The notes under the pieces were generated by a model, which did not search any database, was not told where the DNA came from, and saw only the letters and a program-made list of their open reading frames with translations. Source: a virus (Duplodnaviria; Caudoviricetes). Taken from it: a DNA stretch of 64,000 nucleotides. Shown piece by piece: positions 27,845 through 40,600 of this stretch. The DNA is taken from the IMG/VR virus record IMGVR_UViG_3300035208_003581, positions 1-64,000 of that record; one strand, given 5' to 3'. The position numbers and the translations under genes were made by a program. How positions within the stretch are numbered: position 1 is the first letter of the stretch; the number at the start of each line of letters is the position of its first letter.

Positions 27845-28410
27845 GTTCTTCTTATATCCCGCCTAATATGACGGTTGGAGAAAAAAGACTCGACCGTATA
27901 CCGTTTATTTTTGGTATAAAATCACCAACTGGTGAGTTATTAGAACGTTATATTTTAGTATGTAATGTAAATCCAGAATCATTAGATATTAGAATGGTGA
28001 AAAAAATAGAACGGATTCAGACAAAAACAGGGTGGATGGAACAACATTGGGGTGAAGAGTTAGATGAGATAAATGCAGTACAAAGTACTGGAGCATTTAT
28101 AGACCCAGTTATAGGTGTAACTGGTGAAGCAATATTGAGACGTGGTACAATTGCATATGATAATTTTCAAGATTTAATAGAGTTGTATCGTAATAATGGA
28201 TCTATATATGATGATTCTGGTAATATAATTTTTCAAGGTAAAGTAATTTTAAATTATGGTGGTGCTGTTGGTTCTGAATATAAACACGAAGGATATTTTA
28301 TTAATTTTAGTGTGAGTGAAGGATCTGATTCACCACATAAATTTGAAGTTAATTGGACTTTTAAGGCTGAGAAAAGTGCATACCATGTTGGGTATAATGG
28401 AAATATATAA
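27841..28410 (+). CDS. Baseplate tube-initiator-like protein 1
   Basis: VNPESL..QTKTGWMEQHWGEELDEI..EGYFINFSVSE..PHKFEVNWTF pattern; directly follows the tape measure. Confidence 0.65.
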   Translation: MSSSYIPPNMTVGEKRLDRIPFIFGIKSPTGELLERYILVCNVNPESLDIRMVKKIERIQTKTGWMEQHWGEELDEINAVQSTGAFIDPVIGVTGEAILRRGTIAYDNFQDLIELYRNNGSIYDDSGNIIFQGKVILNYGGAVGSEYKHEGYFINFSVSEGSDSPHKFEVNWTFKAEKSAYHVGYNGNI

Positions 28411-29354
28411 TGTTTGATCCTGCTATATTACAGAATTTGTCGGAGATAGTACCATCATTTGCTCCCTATGGTTCTGTTATTATGGTTGATTCATTAGCAG
28501 TAGAATCTAATACTACTCGTTTAGTTAATCCTATTCCTATGATGTTTAAATTGAAAGTACCTGCGTTACCAAAAAGTATTAATTCAAATTCAGTTTCTGA
28601 TATGTATGCAGATTCTTTTTTACTGGATAATCAATTGCAATCTATTGTTGATCAAACTTCATTAACCACTAGTGACTCTTATTTTTTAAATGAATATGCA
28701 TCGTATAAAAAGGGAGCTGCAAAGTCAGAAAAATCTTTGAATTCATTTGCATCATCTCGTGTGGATAGTTGGGTAACTGCTTCAAATAATTATCAAAATA
28801 GTATACGTTCAAAAGAACCAAATAATAAATTAGAAGCATTACGTAATGATCAGAATATTCTCATTGAAAATTATAAAAAAATAAGTGGTATTACACCATT
28901 GGTGATGTTAATTAATCCTAGTTCATTTGATATTGGTATGAGTAAATTAATTATTGATGGTACTTTTACTAGGGAAGGATATATTAATGAACATTGGGGT
29001 GAACAGTTAGATACAATCACATGCAGTGGTAAAATTGGGGCATATCATACTTATTTTAAATACAATAATGAAACAATTTTAGGTGTAAATCGTTCTTTTA
29101 AATTAGGTTCTTTAACTTATCAAAATTTAATTGCTTTACTTATGATATATAAACATAATGGTTGTGTTCGCACTGATTTGATTAACCCACAAAGAATTTC
29201 TACAGTAGGAAGTGTTTTAATGTATTATGATGGCTATACATATGAAGGAAATTTTAATAGTTTTTCATTTAAAGAAAGTGCTGATAACCCATTTAATATG
29301 GAATATGATTTTGAATTTGCGGTATCATTAACTCATGATGAATGGACTAGATAA
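28410..29354 (+). CDS. Baseplate tube-initiator-like protein 2 (paralog)
   Basis: INPSSF..TREGYINEHWGEQLDTI..EGNFNSFSFKESADNPFNMEYDFEF matches the previous gene. Confidence 0.65.
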   Translation: MFDPAILQNLSEIVPSFAPYGSVIMVDSLAVESNTTRLVNPIPMMFKLKVPALPKSINSNSVSDMYADSFLLDNQLQSIVDQTSLTTSDSYFLNEYASYKKGAAKSEKSLNSFASSRVDSWVTASNNYQNSIRSKEPNNKLEALRNDQNILIENYKKISGITPLVMLINPSSFDIGMSKLIIDGTFTREGYINEHWGEQLDTITCSGKIGAYHTYFKYNNETILGVNRSFKLGSLTYQNLIALLMIYKHNGCVRTDLINPQRISTVGSVLMYYDGYTYEGNFNSFSFKESADNPFNMEYDFEFAVSLTHDEWTR

Positions 29355-31958
29355 ATGCCAGTATCAATGAGACCACCTTCATTTAGAGGATCATATAAGC
29401 AGAGGAATGTATCTAGAACTGCCCCAGATGCATTTGTGAAAATAAATGGACATGTTAATTTAGCTCAATGTTCTGGTTGTGATAAAGTGTTTGATATTAA
29501 TCCTTATATCAGCAGTATTAGTACAGATTTAAACATAGATTCTGTGCCAGGTTCTGCAACTATTCAATTAGCTATTCCTAGACACGATATAAATAATTTT
29601 TATGCAGATGGTAAATTTATTATACAAGAAATGATGGAAGTTGAAATTTTTATAAAAGGACATTTCCTTGTATATGGAGTTCCCCAATACTACCCTGTTT
29701 TTTGGGGGTTAGTTACTCAAATTAATGAAGGTTTTAGTTCTGGTGAAAATACAGTATCATTATCTTGTGCTGATATATTGAAATGGTGGGAAAAAACAAG
29801 ATTGAATGTTAATCCATCATGGTATGAAGCTGGTATGACCAAGTTTGGGAATATAGCATTATTTGGAAATATGTTTGCAGGTTCTAACCCATATGATGTT
29901 ATTTTCAGTTTAAACCGTAACATATCTGGTGATATGTTTGTTGGTTTACAATCATTAAGTGCTACTGAACCAGATTTTTTCAAACAATCTGGTAAATTAG
30001 CTATTGCTTCTATTATGGCATATTGGCGTCAACGATTTGCAAGATTGAAAAATTCACTTGTTTTATATGGTATGAATGGTACAAATATAAGTGCAAGTGC
30101 TTTAAATGATGTAGAAGATTCTCTCTCTAAGAAAATTGATTCTACTAAAAACAAAGCTATAAGAAATGTATTATTAAATAAATATAAGACTTTAGCAAGT
30201 GATTCTTTACATAAGTTAAAGGATGAAAATGGTAATTCTTTTCTTGATCCTACAGCTCCAAATATAGTTGGTTTTAAGAAATTATTCTCACAAGCTGGTA
30301 ATGTGAATTTATTTGAATCTGAATATATGTCTAAATTAGAAATAGCAAATACTGTGAAAGATGTCATTAATTATGAATTTTATATGGATACTACAGGAGA
30401 TATAGTATTTAAGCCTCCTTTTTGGAATTTAGATGTTAGTGATAACCCTATTTCTGTTATTAAAGATATTGATATCATAGATTGGGATTTGAATGCTTCT
30501 GAAGCTGAAGTTGTTACAAGTCTCACTATGAAAGGTTCGTTTCGTTCTAATGCTGAATATTCTGGTATACCATCTGAAATAATTCCTACTGCTGTAGTTA
30601 CTGATTATAAACTTATGTCACAGTTTGGGTGGAGAACCCATGATTATAGTTCAGAATGGTTAACAGATGCTCGTTCATTATTTTTTCATGGTTTGGATGT
30701 TCTTGATAATATTAATGCACGTAGATTTTCAGGTTCTATTACTATACCAATACGTGCAGAATTGCGTTTAGGTTTTCCAATATATTTAGAAGAACGAGAT
30801 GAATTTTGGTATGTACAAGGTATCAGTCATAATTTCACATTTGGTTCTCGTGCTACTACACAACTCACATTGACACAAAGGCGTTCAAAATTTGTACCTC
30901 CTGAGAATTTTTTGAAATCTCTTGATAATACTGGGTATTACAATGAAAGTTCAAATAAGGGTGTTGTATCAAATCCAGCAAGAGACCCAGAAACGGGAAA
31001 ATTAAAAGGACATCCTAATATTATTATGGTATATTCTAAAGGTTCAAAGGATATGACTGATAATGATTTTAGGTCAATGTCATCAGGTGTTCAAACTGAT
31101 AAAACACAAAAAGAAGCTTCAAAAGAAGCTGCAAAAAAAGCAGCTGAAGCAAAAAAGAGAACATCTGATAAAGTTATGGTAGACCAAGTTCGGGGCTTAA
31201 CTGCTGCTACAGAAGAAATGTCAAATGTAAATGATGCTTTGAATTTTATATATTCATATGGGAATACTGGTTTATCAGAGTATACATATGCTAAAGCTAC
31301 TCAAGAAGTAATTAAAGCAGGTGCCTTATCAGAGGCCTCCATTGATTTAGTTGAAACTGGTAGAGGTACGGATGGTAAACCTAAAAAAAATGCTTCAAAA
31401 GAAAAAGGATTAAAAATTGTATTTCCTGTATCTGATTCAAGAGGATATGAACATATTGGTAATTATGCCTATGGTAGAGGTTTAACTATAAATGGAGGTG
31501 GTATAAAGAAAGTATCTGATGGAATAACATCTCAATCAAAACAAAATTCTTTTAATGGTGCTACAGTTGTTTCTCAAAATAAAAGTGCAGAATCTTTTGC
31601 TACTATGTCTCCGTCTTCAGAGAAAAATAATGATCCAGTTTATGATAATGAAGGTTCTGGTACTCAAAAAATTTCTACAAATACAGTACGAGATCCAATG
31701 AATGTTGAAGTTGATTCATTAATGCGAGGTAATTCAATGGCTGCATTGTATCCAACCAGTGATACAGCAGTATGTAAATGCTCAGTATCTCGTACTAATT
31801 TAAATATAGTTAAATTACTTAAAGAACGTGGTGTTGTTGGTGAAACCAATGTAGAAAATATTGACCTTGATAAAGTATTTGAGAGACTTTATGAAAAAGA
31901 CTTTTCATCATATGATGACCACGCTCATTATGAAGAAGTCTTACGTGGTGGGAAATAA
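29355..31958 (+). CDS. Baseplate hub protein (gp27/gpD-like)
   Basis: GSATIQL, VFWGLVTQI, YEFYMDTTGDIVFKPP, GSITIPIRAELRLG, WYVQGISHNF..TQLTL hub motifs. Confidence 0.75.
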   Translation: MPVSMRPPSFRGSYKQRNVSRTAPDAFVKINGHVNLAQCSGCDKVFDINPYISSISTDLNIDSVPGSATIQLAIPRHDINNFYADGKFIIQEMMEVEIFIKGHFLVYGVPQYYPVFWGLVTQINEGFSSGENTVSLSCADILKWWEKTRLNVNPSWYEAGMTKFGNIALFGNMFAGSNPYDVIFSLNRNISGDMFVGLQSLSATEPDFFKQSGKLAIASIMAYWRQRFARLKNSLVLYGMNGTNISASALNDVEDSLSKKIDSTKNKAIRNVLLNKYKTLASDSLHKLKDENGNSFLDPTAPNIVGFKKLFSQAGNVNLFESEYMSKLEIANTVKDVINYEFYMDTTGDIVFKPPFWNLDVSDNPISVIKDIDIIDWDLNASEAEVVTSLTMKGSFRSNAEYSGIPSEIIPTAVVTDYKLMSQFGWRTHDYSSEWLTDARSLFFHGLDVLDNINARRFSGSITIPIRAELRLGFPIYLEERDEFWYVQGISHNFTFGSRATTQLTLTQRRSKFVPPENFLKSLDNTGYYNESSNKGVVSNPARDPETGKLKGHPNIIMVYSKGSKDMTDNDFRSMSSGVQTDKTQKEASKEAAKKAAEAKKRTSDKVMVDQVRGLTAATEEMSNVNDALNFIYSYGNTGLSEYTYAKATQEVIKAGALSEASIDLVETGRGTDGKPKKNASKEKGLKIVFPVSDSRGYEHIGNYAYGRGLTINGGGIKKVSDGITSQSKQNSFNGATVVSQNKSAESFATMSPSSEKNNDPVYDNEGSGTQKISTNTVRDPMNVEVDSLMRGNSMAALYPTSDTAVCKCSVSRTNLNIVKLLKERGVVGETNVENIDLDKVFERLYEKDFSSYDDHAHYEEVLRGGK

Positions 31959-34036
31959 TGTCAGGTGCTCGTAGATCAGTTTTGAATAAATTTACATCAA
32001 GTGCAACGTCACGATTTCAATACTTACGTTATGCTGAAATTTTACGTGTCGATTACGAATCTCTTATAGCTGATATAAAATTTATTGATTCTACTGGTAC
32101 ACGTTCTGAAGTACCACTCACACAAGCTATGGTTGGACCTCGATCTTTTTTAGGTGGTATACCAGAGATAGGTAGTGTTGTAGTTATTGGGTGGCGTAAA
32201 TTTGCAGAAGCAAATGCGGTTCCAGTTATTCTTGGATATATTCCTCGTGGTTATCTATCTAAGATAGAATATGAACCGACTAGTTTAGTTGATCCAAATA
32301 GTACAGCTCCAATAGATGAGTTTCCTGAGTTATTTGGTACTTCACGATCTAAATATCGTAAAATATATCCAGGTGATATATTAGCTTCTTCTTCAAGAGG
32401 AGCTGATTTTATTTTAGATAGTAATGCAAGAATGTACTCGTCTGGTGGAGATGAAGTTTTTCTTAAATCAGATGATCATAGTTTTTCAGTGAACACATTA
32501 AATGATATACGTTCACTTGCATCTGGAAGACACACTAGTGGTCTAATCACTCGTAACAAATTATTATTTGTTGAAGATATTTTTAATGAGGATGGGATGA
32601 TTATAACTGATCATCCTGCAAAGACTATATTAGAAGATTGGGGTTGGTTATCTGAAGATGGTGTTTTATTACCATCTATTGACTTTTCTTTTTTTAATAA
32701 AATCATTCTTCCAAATGGTAAACCATATTATGTTGTACCAGGTCCACAAGATTATAATAAATCTTATAATGCTCAGATATTTTCATACACTGAGGATAGA
32801 TTAGAGTTAAGTCATTTGTCTGATGGTACTTTGAGGGTAACAGAAGCTATTGATGGTGTGGAAATTGATCGTGAGTTACCTCTTATTGAACGTGTTTATG
32901 GTACTTATGTTGGTAATTCTATTCTATCAGATTCTGATAGAAACTTATATGGTAGGGTTTTACGACCAATTTTATTTACGGGTAATAATGTAATACCTGG
33001 GGATGTAATACCTGGTTTTGTACCATGTTCTCGTGGTATTGACGCAGAAGATGAAAGATTAGCTGCTGCATATACTTATATTTTAAATCGTGTAGATGGT
33101 CGCGGTAAAATTTTTATATGCCATGATAAACAAGGTCATGGATATTATCATTTTCCATCTACTTCAGCAGATCACCCACTTGGTGCTGGTAAATCATTAT
33201 CTTTGAATACAGTTGGTAATATTAAAACTGTAATTGGTAAAGATTTAAATGGTACAAGTGTTGATATCACTACATCGGGATCACTTGATGCAAAACTTGG
33301 TAAAAATGATGATGGTTACAGTATTAATTTAGATACTGTTGGTGCAGCGTATATTAATTTAAAAGGTAAAGATTCTAATGGTTTTAGTTATAGATTTTTA
33401 TGTTCTGGGCAAGCAAATGAACAATACCAAAACAGTAAGTCTGTGATAGTTACAGGTTCATATAAAGAAATTGTAAGTGGAACTAAAGACGCTCAATATT
33501 CAAAATACACATTAAAAACACAAGGTGAACTTTCTGAATTCGTAGGAGAAAAAAAATCAATTACTGTAAAAGCAAATGTTGATGCTTCATACGGTGAGGG
33601 TATTGCCGAAACTGTTATTCAAGGTGATTTTGAACAGACAAATATGCTTGGTAGTCATAAAACAAAACTTCTAGCTGGGGATAAAGTTGTTGAAATTGTT
33701 CTTGGCAATAAGAAAAATACCATTATAACTGGTAATGTTACAGAAGACATTACTACTGGTAATTATGAAATAAAAGTTAAAGCTGGTAATATTACATTAG
33801 GTACAAAAGCAGGGAACATTGATATTTCTACAAAAGCTGGTACCATTACATTGGATGCAACATTACCTGTTACCGTAAAAAGTGCAATTAAAGTTGTTAT
33901 TGATGCTCCTATGGTTGATATTGGTAAAGTGCTTGCAGGTGGAGTTGTTTCTGGTACTGGTCCACCAAATCCAGGTGGTCATCTTGATTATATCACTGGT
34001 GTACCTATCATGGGATCTCCTACAGTTAAGGTTTAA
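31958..34036 (+). CDS. Central spike protein (gp5/gpV-like)
   Basis: OB-fold N-terminus (GGIPEIGSVVVIGW) and C-terminal beta-helix repeats (GN....I..GN). Confidence 0.75.
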   Translation: MSGARRSVLNKFTSSATSRFQYLRYAEILRVDYESLIADIKFIDSTGTRSEVPLTQAMVGPRSFLGGIPEIGSVVVIGWRKFAEANAVPVILGYIPRGYLSKIEYEPTSLVDPNSTAPIDEFPELFGTSRSKYRKIYPGDILASSSRGADFILDSNARMYSSGGDEVFLKSDDHSFSVNTLNDIRSLASGRHTSGLITRNKLLFVEDIFNEDGMIITDHPAKTILEDWGWLSEDGVLLPSIDFSFFNKIILPNGKPYYVVPGPQDYNKSYNAQIFSYTEDRLELSHLSDGTLRVTEAIDGVEIDRELPLIERVYGTYVGNSILSDSDRNLYGRVLRPILFTGNNVIPGDVIPGFVPCSRGIDAEDERLAAAYTYILNRVDGRGKIFICHDKQGHGYYHFPSTSADHPLGAGKSLSLNTVGNIKTVIGKDLNGTSVDITTSGSLDAKLGKNDDGYSINLDTVGAAYINLKGKDSNGFSYRFLCSGQANEQYQNSKSVIVTGSYKEIVSGTKDAQYSKYTLKTQGELSEFVGEKKSITVKANVDASYGEGIAETVIQGDFEQTNMLGSHKTKLLAGDKVVEIVLGNKKNTIITGNVTEDITTGNYEIKVKAGNITLGTKAGNIDISTKAGTITLDATLPVTVKSAIKVVIDAPMVDIGKVLAGGVVSGTGPPNPGGHLDYITGVPIMGSPTVKV

Positions 34037-34037
34037 T

Positions 34038-34628
34038 ATGCCTTTAGTACCTACTGCATTACAAGGTTTAATGACACCACTTGCTAGTGCGGGTTCTATT
34101 GCAGGTATGTATTCTCCACAGTTGATTTTAGGTTTATCAAATGGTATAACAGCATATCTGCTTACACTCCAAGTGAAAACAACAGATGTTGGTACATTAG
34201 GAGTAGGTATAGGTACAGGTAAAGTTATTATTACACCTCCACAATTGGTAGGTCCATTAATGGGTGCAGCATCCTCAAATTCATTAACAGGAACATATGT
34301 AGCAGGATTAATGTCTGCTATAGGTACAGCAACTGCTTCATTTATTGTTAGTGCTGGTATGGTAACATCTCAACATCCAACAGTAGCTATAGGGTCTGGG
34401 ATAGGTCAATTTATCCCCACAGGTCCAAGTCCATTGCAGGGTCAACTCATGGGTATGCTTTCAGCATCAGGGTTTACAGGGCAATATTTAGTATCTTTAG
34501 CGACTGCAGTAGCACAAGGTATAACACAGGGATTAGGAACAGCACAGATTATACAAGTGATTACAGGTACACCTATAACTCCTCCACCATTACCTGGTTC
34601 TGGTGTTGGTATTGGGAAATTAATATGA
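34038..34628 (+). CDS. Hydrophobic three-repeat protein following the spike
   Basis: Start moved to ATG 34038, just after the spike stop; three ~65-aa repeats ending in G.G.G motifs. Confidence 0.65.
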   Translation: MPLVPTALQGLMTPLASAGSIAGMYSPQLILGLSNGITAYLLTLQVKTTDVGTLGVGIGTGKVIITPPQLVGPLMGAASSNSLTGTYVAGLMSAIGTATASFIVSAGMVTSQHPTVAIGSGIGQFIPTGPSPLQGQLMGMLSASGFTGQYLVSLATAVAQGITQGLGTAQIIQVITGTPITPPPLPGSGVGIGKLI

Positions 34629-37600
34629 GTTCTATTAAATTAAATTTAGATGGTTGGGTGCTTAGAAAACCTCGTGTTGCTTCAGCAAATGCAATTACGA
34701 CATCATCTCCAGATACTGTAGAAAATCCTTCTTTTGATCCACAAGAGCGAGCAGATTATTTTGTTAGTTGTATGAATAACAGTCAATTACGAGATTCTGA
34801 ATTTGCATGGTCAAAAAGTACATCTGATAGATTGAGAATGGGATACTCTGATGTAGATCAGAGATGGGTACCACTTCCAGGTATATCACCTATAAATATT
34901 GGTATGATACAAAATGACCCACGTATAAAAGTACCGTATTTACCAAATATTAATTTTAATTACAGATTTTTTATAACAGATCCAAGTGCTCAGAATCTTA
35001 TAACATGTAATTTGGTGACATCATTTTCAAATCCAGTATCACTTTCATCTGGTGTATTTGAAATTAATACTGATACTCTTGAAATGAATTTTTCTCAGGA
35101 TGATGTTGATATATATGAGGGAGAAAATGTTTATTATCAAGGTCATCAATTTGTAGATATTAAAGATCCATTACGTGCAAATATTGGATTAATGTCTTCT
35201 ACTGGTTATAGATTAGCATTATCTCCTATACCAGAACATGGCATGCATCCAATTATAAGAATTGGTTATCAGATATCATTACATACTATTGAAGTAGACA
35301 CTGAGAGTAATTTTACATCAGTATCATCAGGTACTGTGCAATGGAGTTTAGATAAAGGGACATTAAATTTTAATACATCAGATATCATTTCTAATGAGAC
35401 ATCACCAGTATATTATTGGGGTGTATATGATTATATTTCAACACCAGGAACATCACCATTATATAATCCACAAATAGGCACAGTTAATTTAACGGGTATT
35501 GTTGGTACATACCCTGGATCACTTCCATTAAATGATTCAGATTTGATAATATATTTTACAAATGGTGTTGATTATAAACAAATTGAGAAAACTATTGAGG
35601 TTGACGAGCATTCTACAGTAGTAAAATATGGTACAGCACAAGTTCGTTTGGATAATGGTTTGGTTAAATGTAATGTTTCAGAAGTTCGTAAGTATTTAGG
35701 GTGGCAAGTTTATGCTGTTTTAGGAGATTTTAATTTAGATGGGGAAGACATTAAATTACGTTTATTCCGTTCATTTGTGAATAAAAATGGTGCAGATGAA
35801 ACTATATTTGATGTATCTTGTTTTGTATCTATAAATAATGTTACTTTTGTTGAAAAGTTAATTGCTTCACCTATATTACCAATTCCAATATCACCAATAG
35901 AACCACCTATCTCAGGATATGATTCTCCAAGTTTTACAGTATCAGGTGAGTTTGATTCTATATTAAAAGATTTGAAAACATATACTGGTGTTGGTGATGG
36001 CTTTATCATCGACTATCATAATAGATTGTTGACATTATGTGAGAGAAAATCTTTCAATGTTACTCTTAATGCTGTTTCACCTCATTATAATTTCCCAGAT
36101 GTTGGTATTTTAGAGTATGATTTTCAATTAAATAGAATACCTGAAAGTGGTCCTATTCAAGCTCTTACAGAAGATGACTATATTTTAGATTCAAATGCAG
36201 GTGTAGTATTTTTTACTGATAGGAAAGGGAAAGTATTATCACAAAGTACTACTGGTTATGTTCTTTCTAATGATGTTTTGCAAGATACAAAGGTGAATTT
36301 CACATCTGTGTTAATCGGGAAACAATTAGTTATTTTAAGTGGGGCAAATAAAGGGTCATATATAATTGAATCTGTACTTTCTACACATCAGATACAGATT
36401 TCATCAGACATACCGTTCCTATCTATTTCAAAAACATCATATGAAATATGGGATAATCCTGAGATTTTATGTGATAGAGTATGGGAAGAAACTACAGTAC
36501 CAGAGGATTTATTTAAACTTTATCGTGAATCACCGCTTGGATTGATAACAAATTCACCAAGATTGTCTGTCCCAATTGTTGATGTAAATTCTCGATTATC
36601 ATTTATGGTTAATGGTAATAATATTACTGTAGAATATGTTAATGATGATACTGATTTCACTTCAACCATTCAAGGTACTGCACAAATATCAATAACTACT
36701 GGTAATGTTAATTTTTCAACAGATGATATTTTGGATAATGCGGGATTTACTGTATATGGTTTTCTATGGTTATATCGTTCAGAATATATTCTTAACTCTA
36801 GTAATGGTGCAATAATATTAAACACACCATTATCATCTGGTGAGCGTTTAAAAGTATATTATTATTTAAGTGAAGATGAGTCATTTATAAATGAATATCT
36901 TCCTATAAAAATTTTAGGTGAACAAGCTACATTTACTGTTGGTTCAACAATAGCACATTTTAATCCTGATAATAAAGGTACACTCTCTTCTCGTGGTGCA
37001 TTAATTTGGATAGGTAATAAAGAAACTGATGTAGGTAGGTATTATAGATTAAATAGTGTGAAAACAAGTGATAAAGTTTCTATTAATTGGGATACAAATA
37101 CTATTCAAGTTTCAACACCTTTTACTTCTGAGAGTGAAGTTATTATTGAGTACCATGTAATGGATTCTTTTGGCGGTGAGATTTCATTTTCTTTAAGTTC
37201 TTATCCTATTTTTCTACCAAAATTTGAAATAATTAGTGGTGAAACAGCATTTGAAGTATATGGAGAACAAACTGCACTTTATAGCCCAGGAAAATTCATT
37301 TTATTAGATGATAGTGAAATTTATAAAGTTAGTGAATCTATATCACAGACTACATCAACTATAGTTGTTGTAACTACTCCATTTAAGTCTAATTTTTCTT
37401 TATCAACTCTTAAAATTACCAGTGAAGAATTACAAGCAAATTATTTTGAACCAATAGCATATAAATTTGAACAGACAATATTGAATTCGTATGAAATGGT
37501 TTTTAAAGATTCATTTCAAATGAAGTCTGGGACAGTGTTGGATTTAGACGATGACTTTTATATGGTTTTGCGTTCTTTTATAGATGAAAATGGGAGAACA

Positions 37601-40600
37601 CATGTTCAAGTGAGTAGTAAATTTTCTCGTGAATATACATATTCTTATGGTGTGTTAGAAAGGTCAATTCGACCAGTTTTTACAGATTTTTCATCAGCAT
37701 TTATATCTGATATGAGTATGTATATTTCTCAACCTGTTACATTAAATATTAGAAAATCAAATTCTTTAGAAACATTAATACTTGGAAATGATTATACAGT
37801 ATCTGAATCAGGTTTGGTAACACTCCTTACCACTGTTATTAGTGGTGGAGATTCTGTAGAATTAAATTATACTGGTAGAAAATTTTATCCTGTATCAACT
37901 AATTTTACTGGTAAGTATATCTATAGGATAATCCCATCTGCAAGTAATGGGTATCTAGGAGCTACATTAAAAGCTACATATACTGTATATAGCCCTGATA
38001 CTTTTTATTTTCGTGTTGAGCCATTTCAGACTATTTCAAATGAAGTGAGTGTTGCATTAGGAGAGATTGCAGTTGTTGGTGTACCTTCTTCTGGTCCACC
38101 TTCACCACCACCCCCACCACCAGGATTGAATGAAAAAGGTGGTGAGTCTTTTTATTGGAATTATGGCGATCTCAGTGATAGTGATTCAGTTTCAAGACGA
38201 TATCTTTTATTCTATACTGATGTAGTAAATGCCTTTGAGGATTTCTTTAAATATTTTGATGGTAGAGTAGTTGGTGATGTAAATGGTAAATTTTTATTTG
38301 ATGGTAATTTACATTCTGGTAATCCTGTTGAACCAAGTGTAGCTACAAACCACATAGACTCTGTAATCTACACAGACCCATTATGGCCTGTTTTTCCAAG
38401 CCCACCATTTCCATCTGGTTTCCCATTTAGAAGATCAAAGGCTATGTGGAAAGGTTCAAAATATAGTAGATTTTATCCAGAACGTGGTGTGTTCTTTACT
38501 ATGAGTTCTCCTTCAGAAGAAGGAGGTCTAACATATGCATTTCCTACTGAATTTCAAAAAGAGATTGCAGAAATAGGTCGTGAAGACCTTGCCTCAGTAT
38601 CAAATGTAAAGATGAGATTGGCACGGACTCGATTATTGAATATTGTCAATTCAGGTGTTAGTTCTGCTACATTGGAAGTAGAGAGTACTCTCGCAAACAG
38701 TGAAGAATTAAGATTTACTAATGAGACTTTTACAACACCGTCATTTGAAATAGGTGATCAATTATCTGTATCTCGTCCTGGTTACCCATTACCATTAGCA
38801 ATAGCACAAATCGTATCAAAAACAGATACATCACTAGTAGTACTATTTTTGCAACTAGATATAGCACCAATAATACCAACTACCCCTCAAGCATTATCAG
38901 TTGATTTATTACCAAATGACACTGTATCTCATAATGTATATTGGTGGGTAGATAATGGGGATGGTGATCCTATATCAGCTATTGAATATTATAGACAAGG
39001 TTTTGATTATATTGCAGATTTAAAAGAAGGTAAAATAATCAATATAACATTCCCTATACCAATAGGTCAGGTTCCAATTGATCCTGAAACATATATTGAT
39101 GGGGTATTAAGTTTCGGTAATAAGTTAACAACTCCATATAGATTCCCAGCATTAGATGGTTCTGTTAAAAATGATCAAGGTGATTTATCTATTCCGTATC
39201 TGAGCCCGTCATCAGATGTAGTTGATTTTAATAGTATATTTTCAATTGAGAACTTAAATATTTCAAGTATTGAAAATGAAACTATTGAAGGTTTTAAAGG
39301 AGATAATGGTTCAATATCAATAGATTTGAGAACATTTGATCTTGGTAAGTCTCCTACAGGTTTAAATTTATATGATACTTTATATATTTTAACAGGTTCA
39401 AATTCTGGGAAGTATTTAATTACAAGTATTACAGGTACAAGTGTTGGTGTTTCAAAATTCAAACACCAACAAGATAACTATGATGTGCTTAACCCAAGTT
39501 TTACTTGGGATGTATCGTATACAGTGTACGATGGTGTTGGTCCAACTGTGAGATATACTAGTACAGATGGTCAGATTCTATCGGATTTGAACACATTAAA
39601 AGATACTACTGTAAATTTCTTGACTTTGGGTAATGAAGTACAGACAGGTGATACCATAGTTATTAATAGTTCTTCTAATTATTTTAATAATGGTACATAT
39701 ATAGTTTTATCTGCTACAAGTACAGAATTATCCATACAATGTTTTAATACTGCTGAATCAAATATTGATTATGTTGTGGAATATGGTACAGCACGTGTGA
39801 ATAGCACACATGGTTACTTTAGTGTAAATAATATATTATCAGATACATATTCACCTGATTTTTCATTTGTGGTAAAAGGTGATATATTAGTAGTAACTAC
39901 AGGTAAGAATATTGGTAAATATGTGGTTGATACTGTATACAGTACAGTGTTTCAAGTTATGATAAGTGGTTCATCAAGATTATTAGAGAGTGATACAGCC
40001 ACACTTACATTATCAGATTCATCTCTAACAACAGTATCGGATTATTTTCAAGTAAGTGATGTAGGTCGTTATATACTGATTACAGATTCTGTTTCATATG
40101 ATGGGGAATATGTTATTTCAAGTGTGTTGAGTCCGAATAAAGTAGTATTATCTGGTCTTATTATAAGTTCTGATGAGTCTTGTAATTTCTCACTTGAGTG
40201 CTCATATCATATTGATAATGTCCGTCGAGGGTCATCATATGTGACATCGTGGAAACAGACACTTTTAAATGAGCAGTCTGCATTACAAGATATAAATTTA
40301 CAAAATAAAATACAGATTTTATTTTACACATTGTATAGTGAGACACCTAATATATCAGGTATTTCAGGTTCTGTTATTAGCACATATATATTTAAGGATA
40401 TTGGTAAGGATTATTCTACTGCTGAATCTGGGGATTGTTTAGAGATCACAAGTGGTGACAATATTGGTTTTTATTTTATAGAAGAAATAAATGGTGATGA
40501 GATAACAATAGACACTACAGGAAATGAATTTGTTCTTATTGGTGAATCATCTTTATCATATAACTTATTTAAAGGTAATTCAAGATTTTCTGAAGATTTG

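Noticed and set aside
33882-34037. Upstream extensions given in the ORF track for 33882, 10806, 48305, 18692 and 18585
   Set aside because: They overlap upstream genes or contain the RBS; the downstream ATGs (34038, 10866, 48338, 18704, 18573) fit spacing and RBS better.
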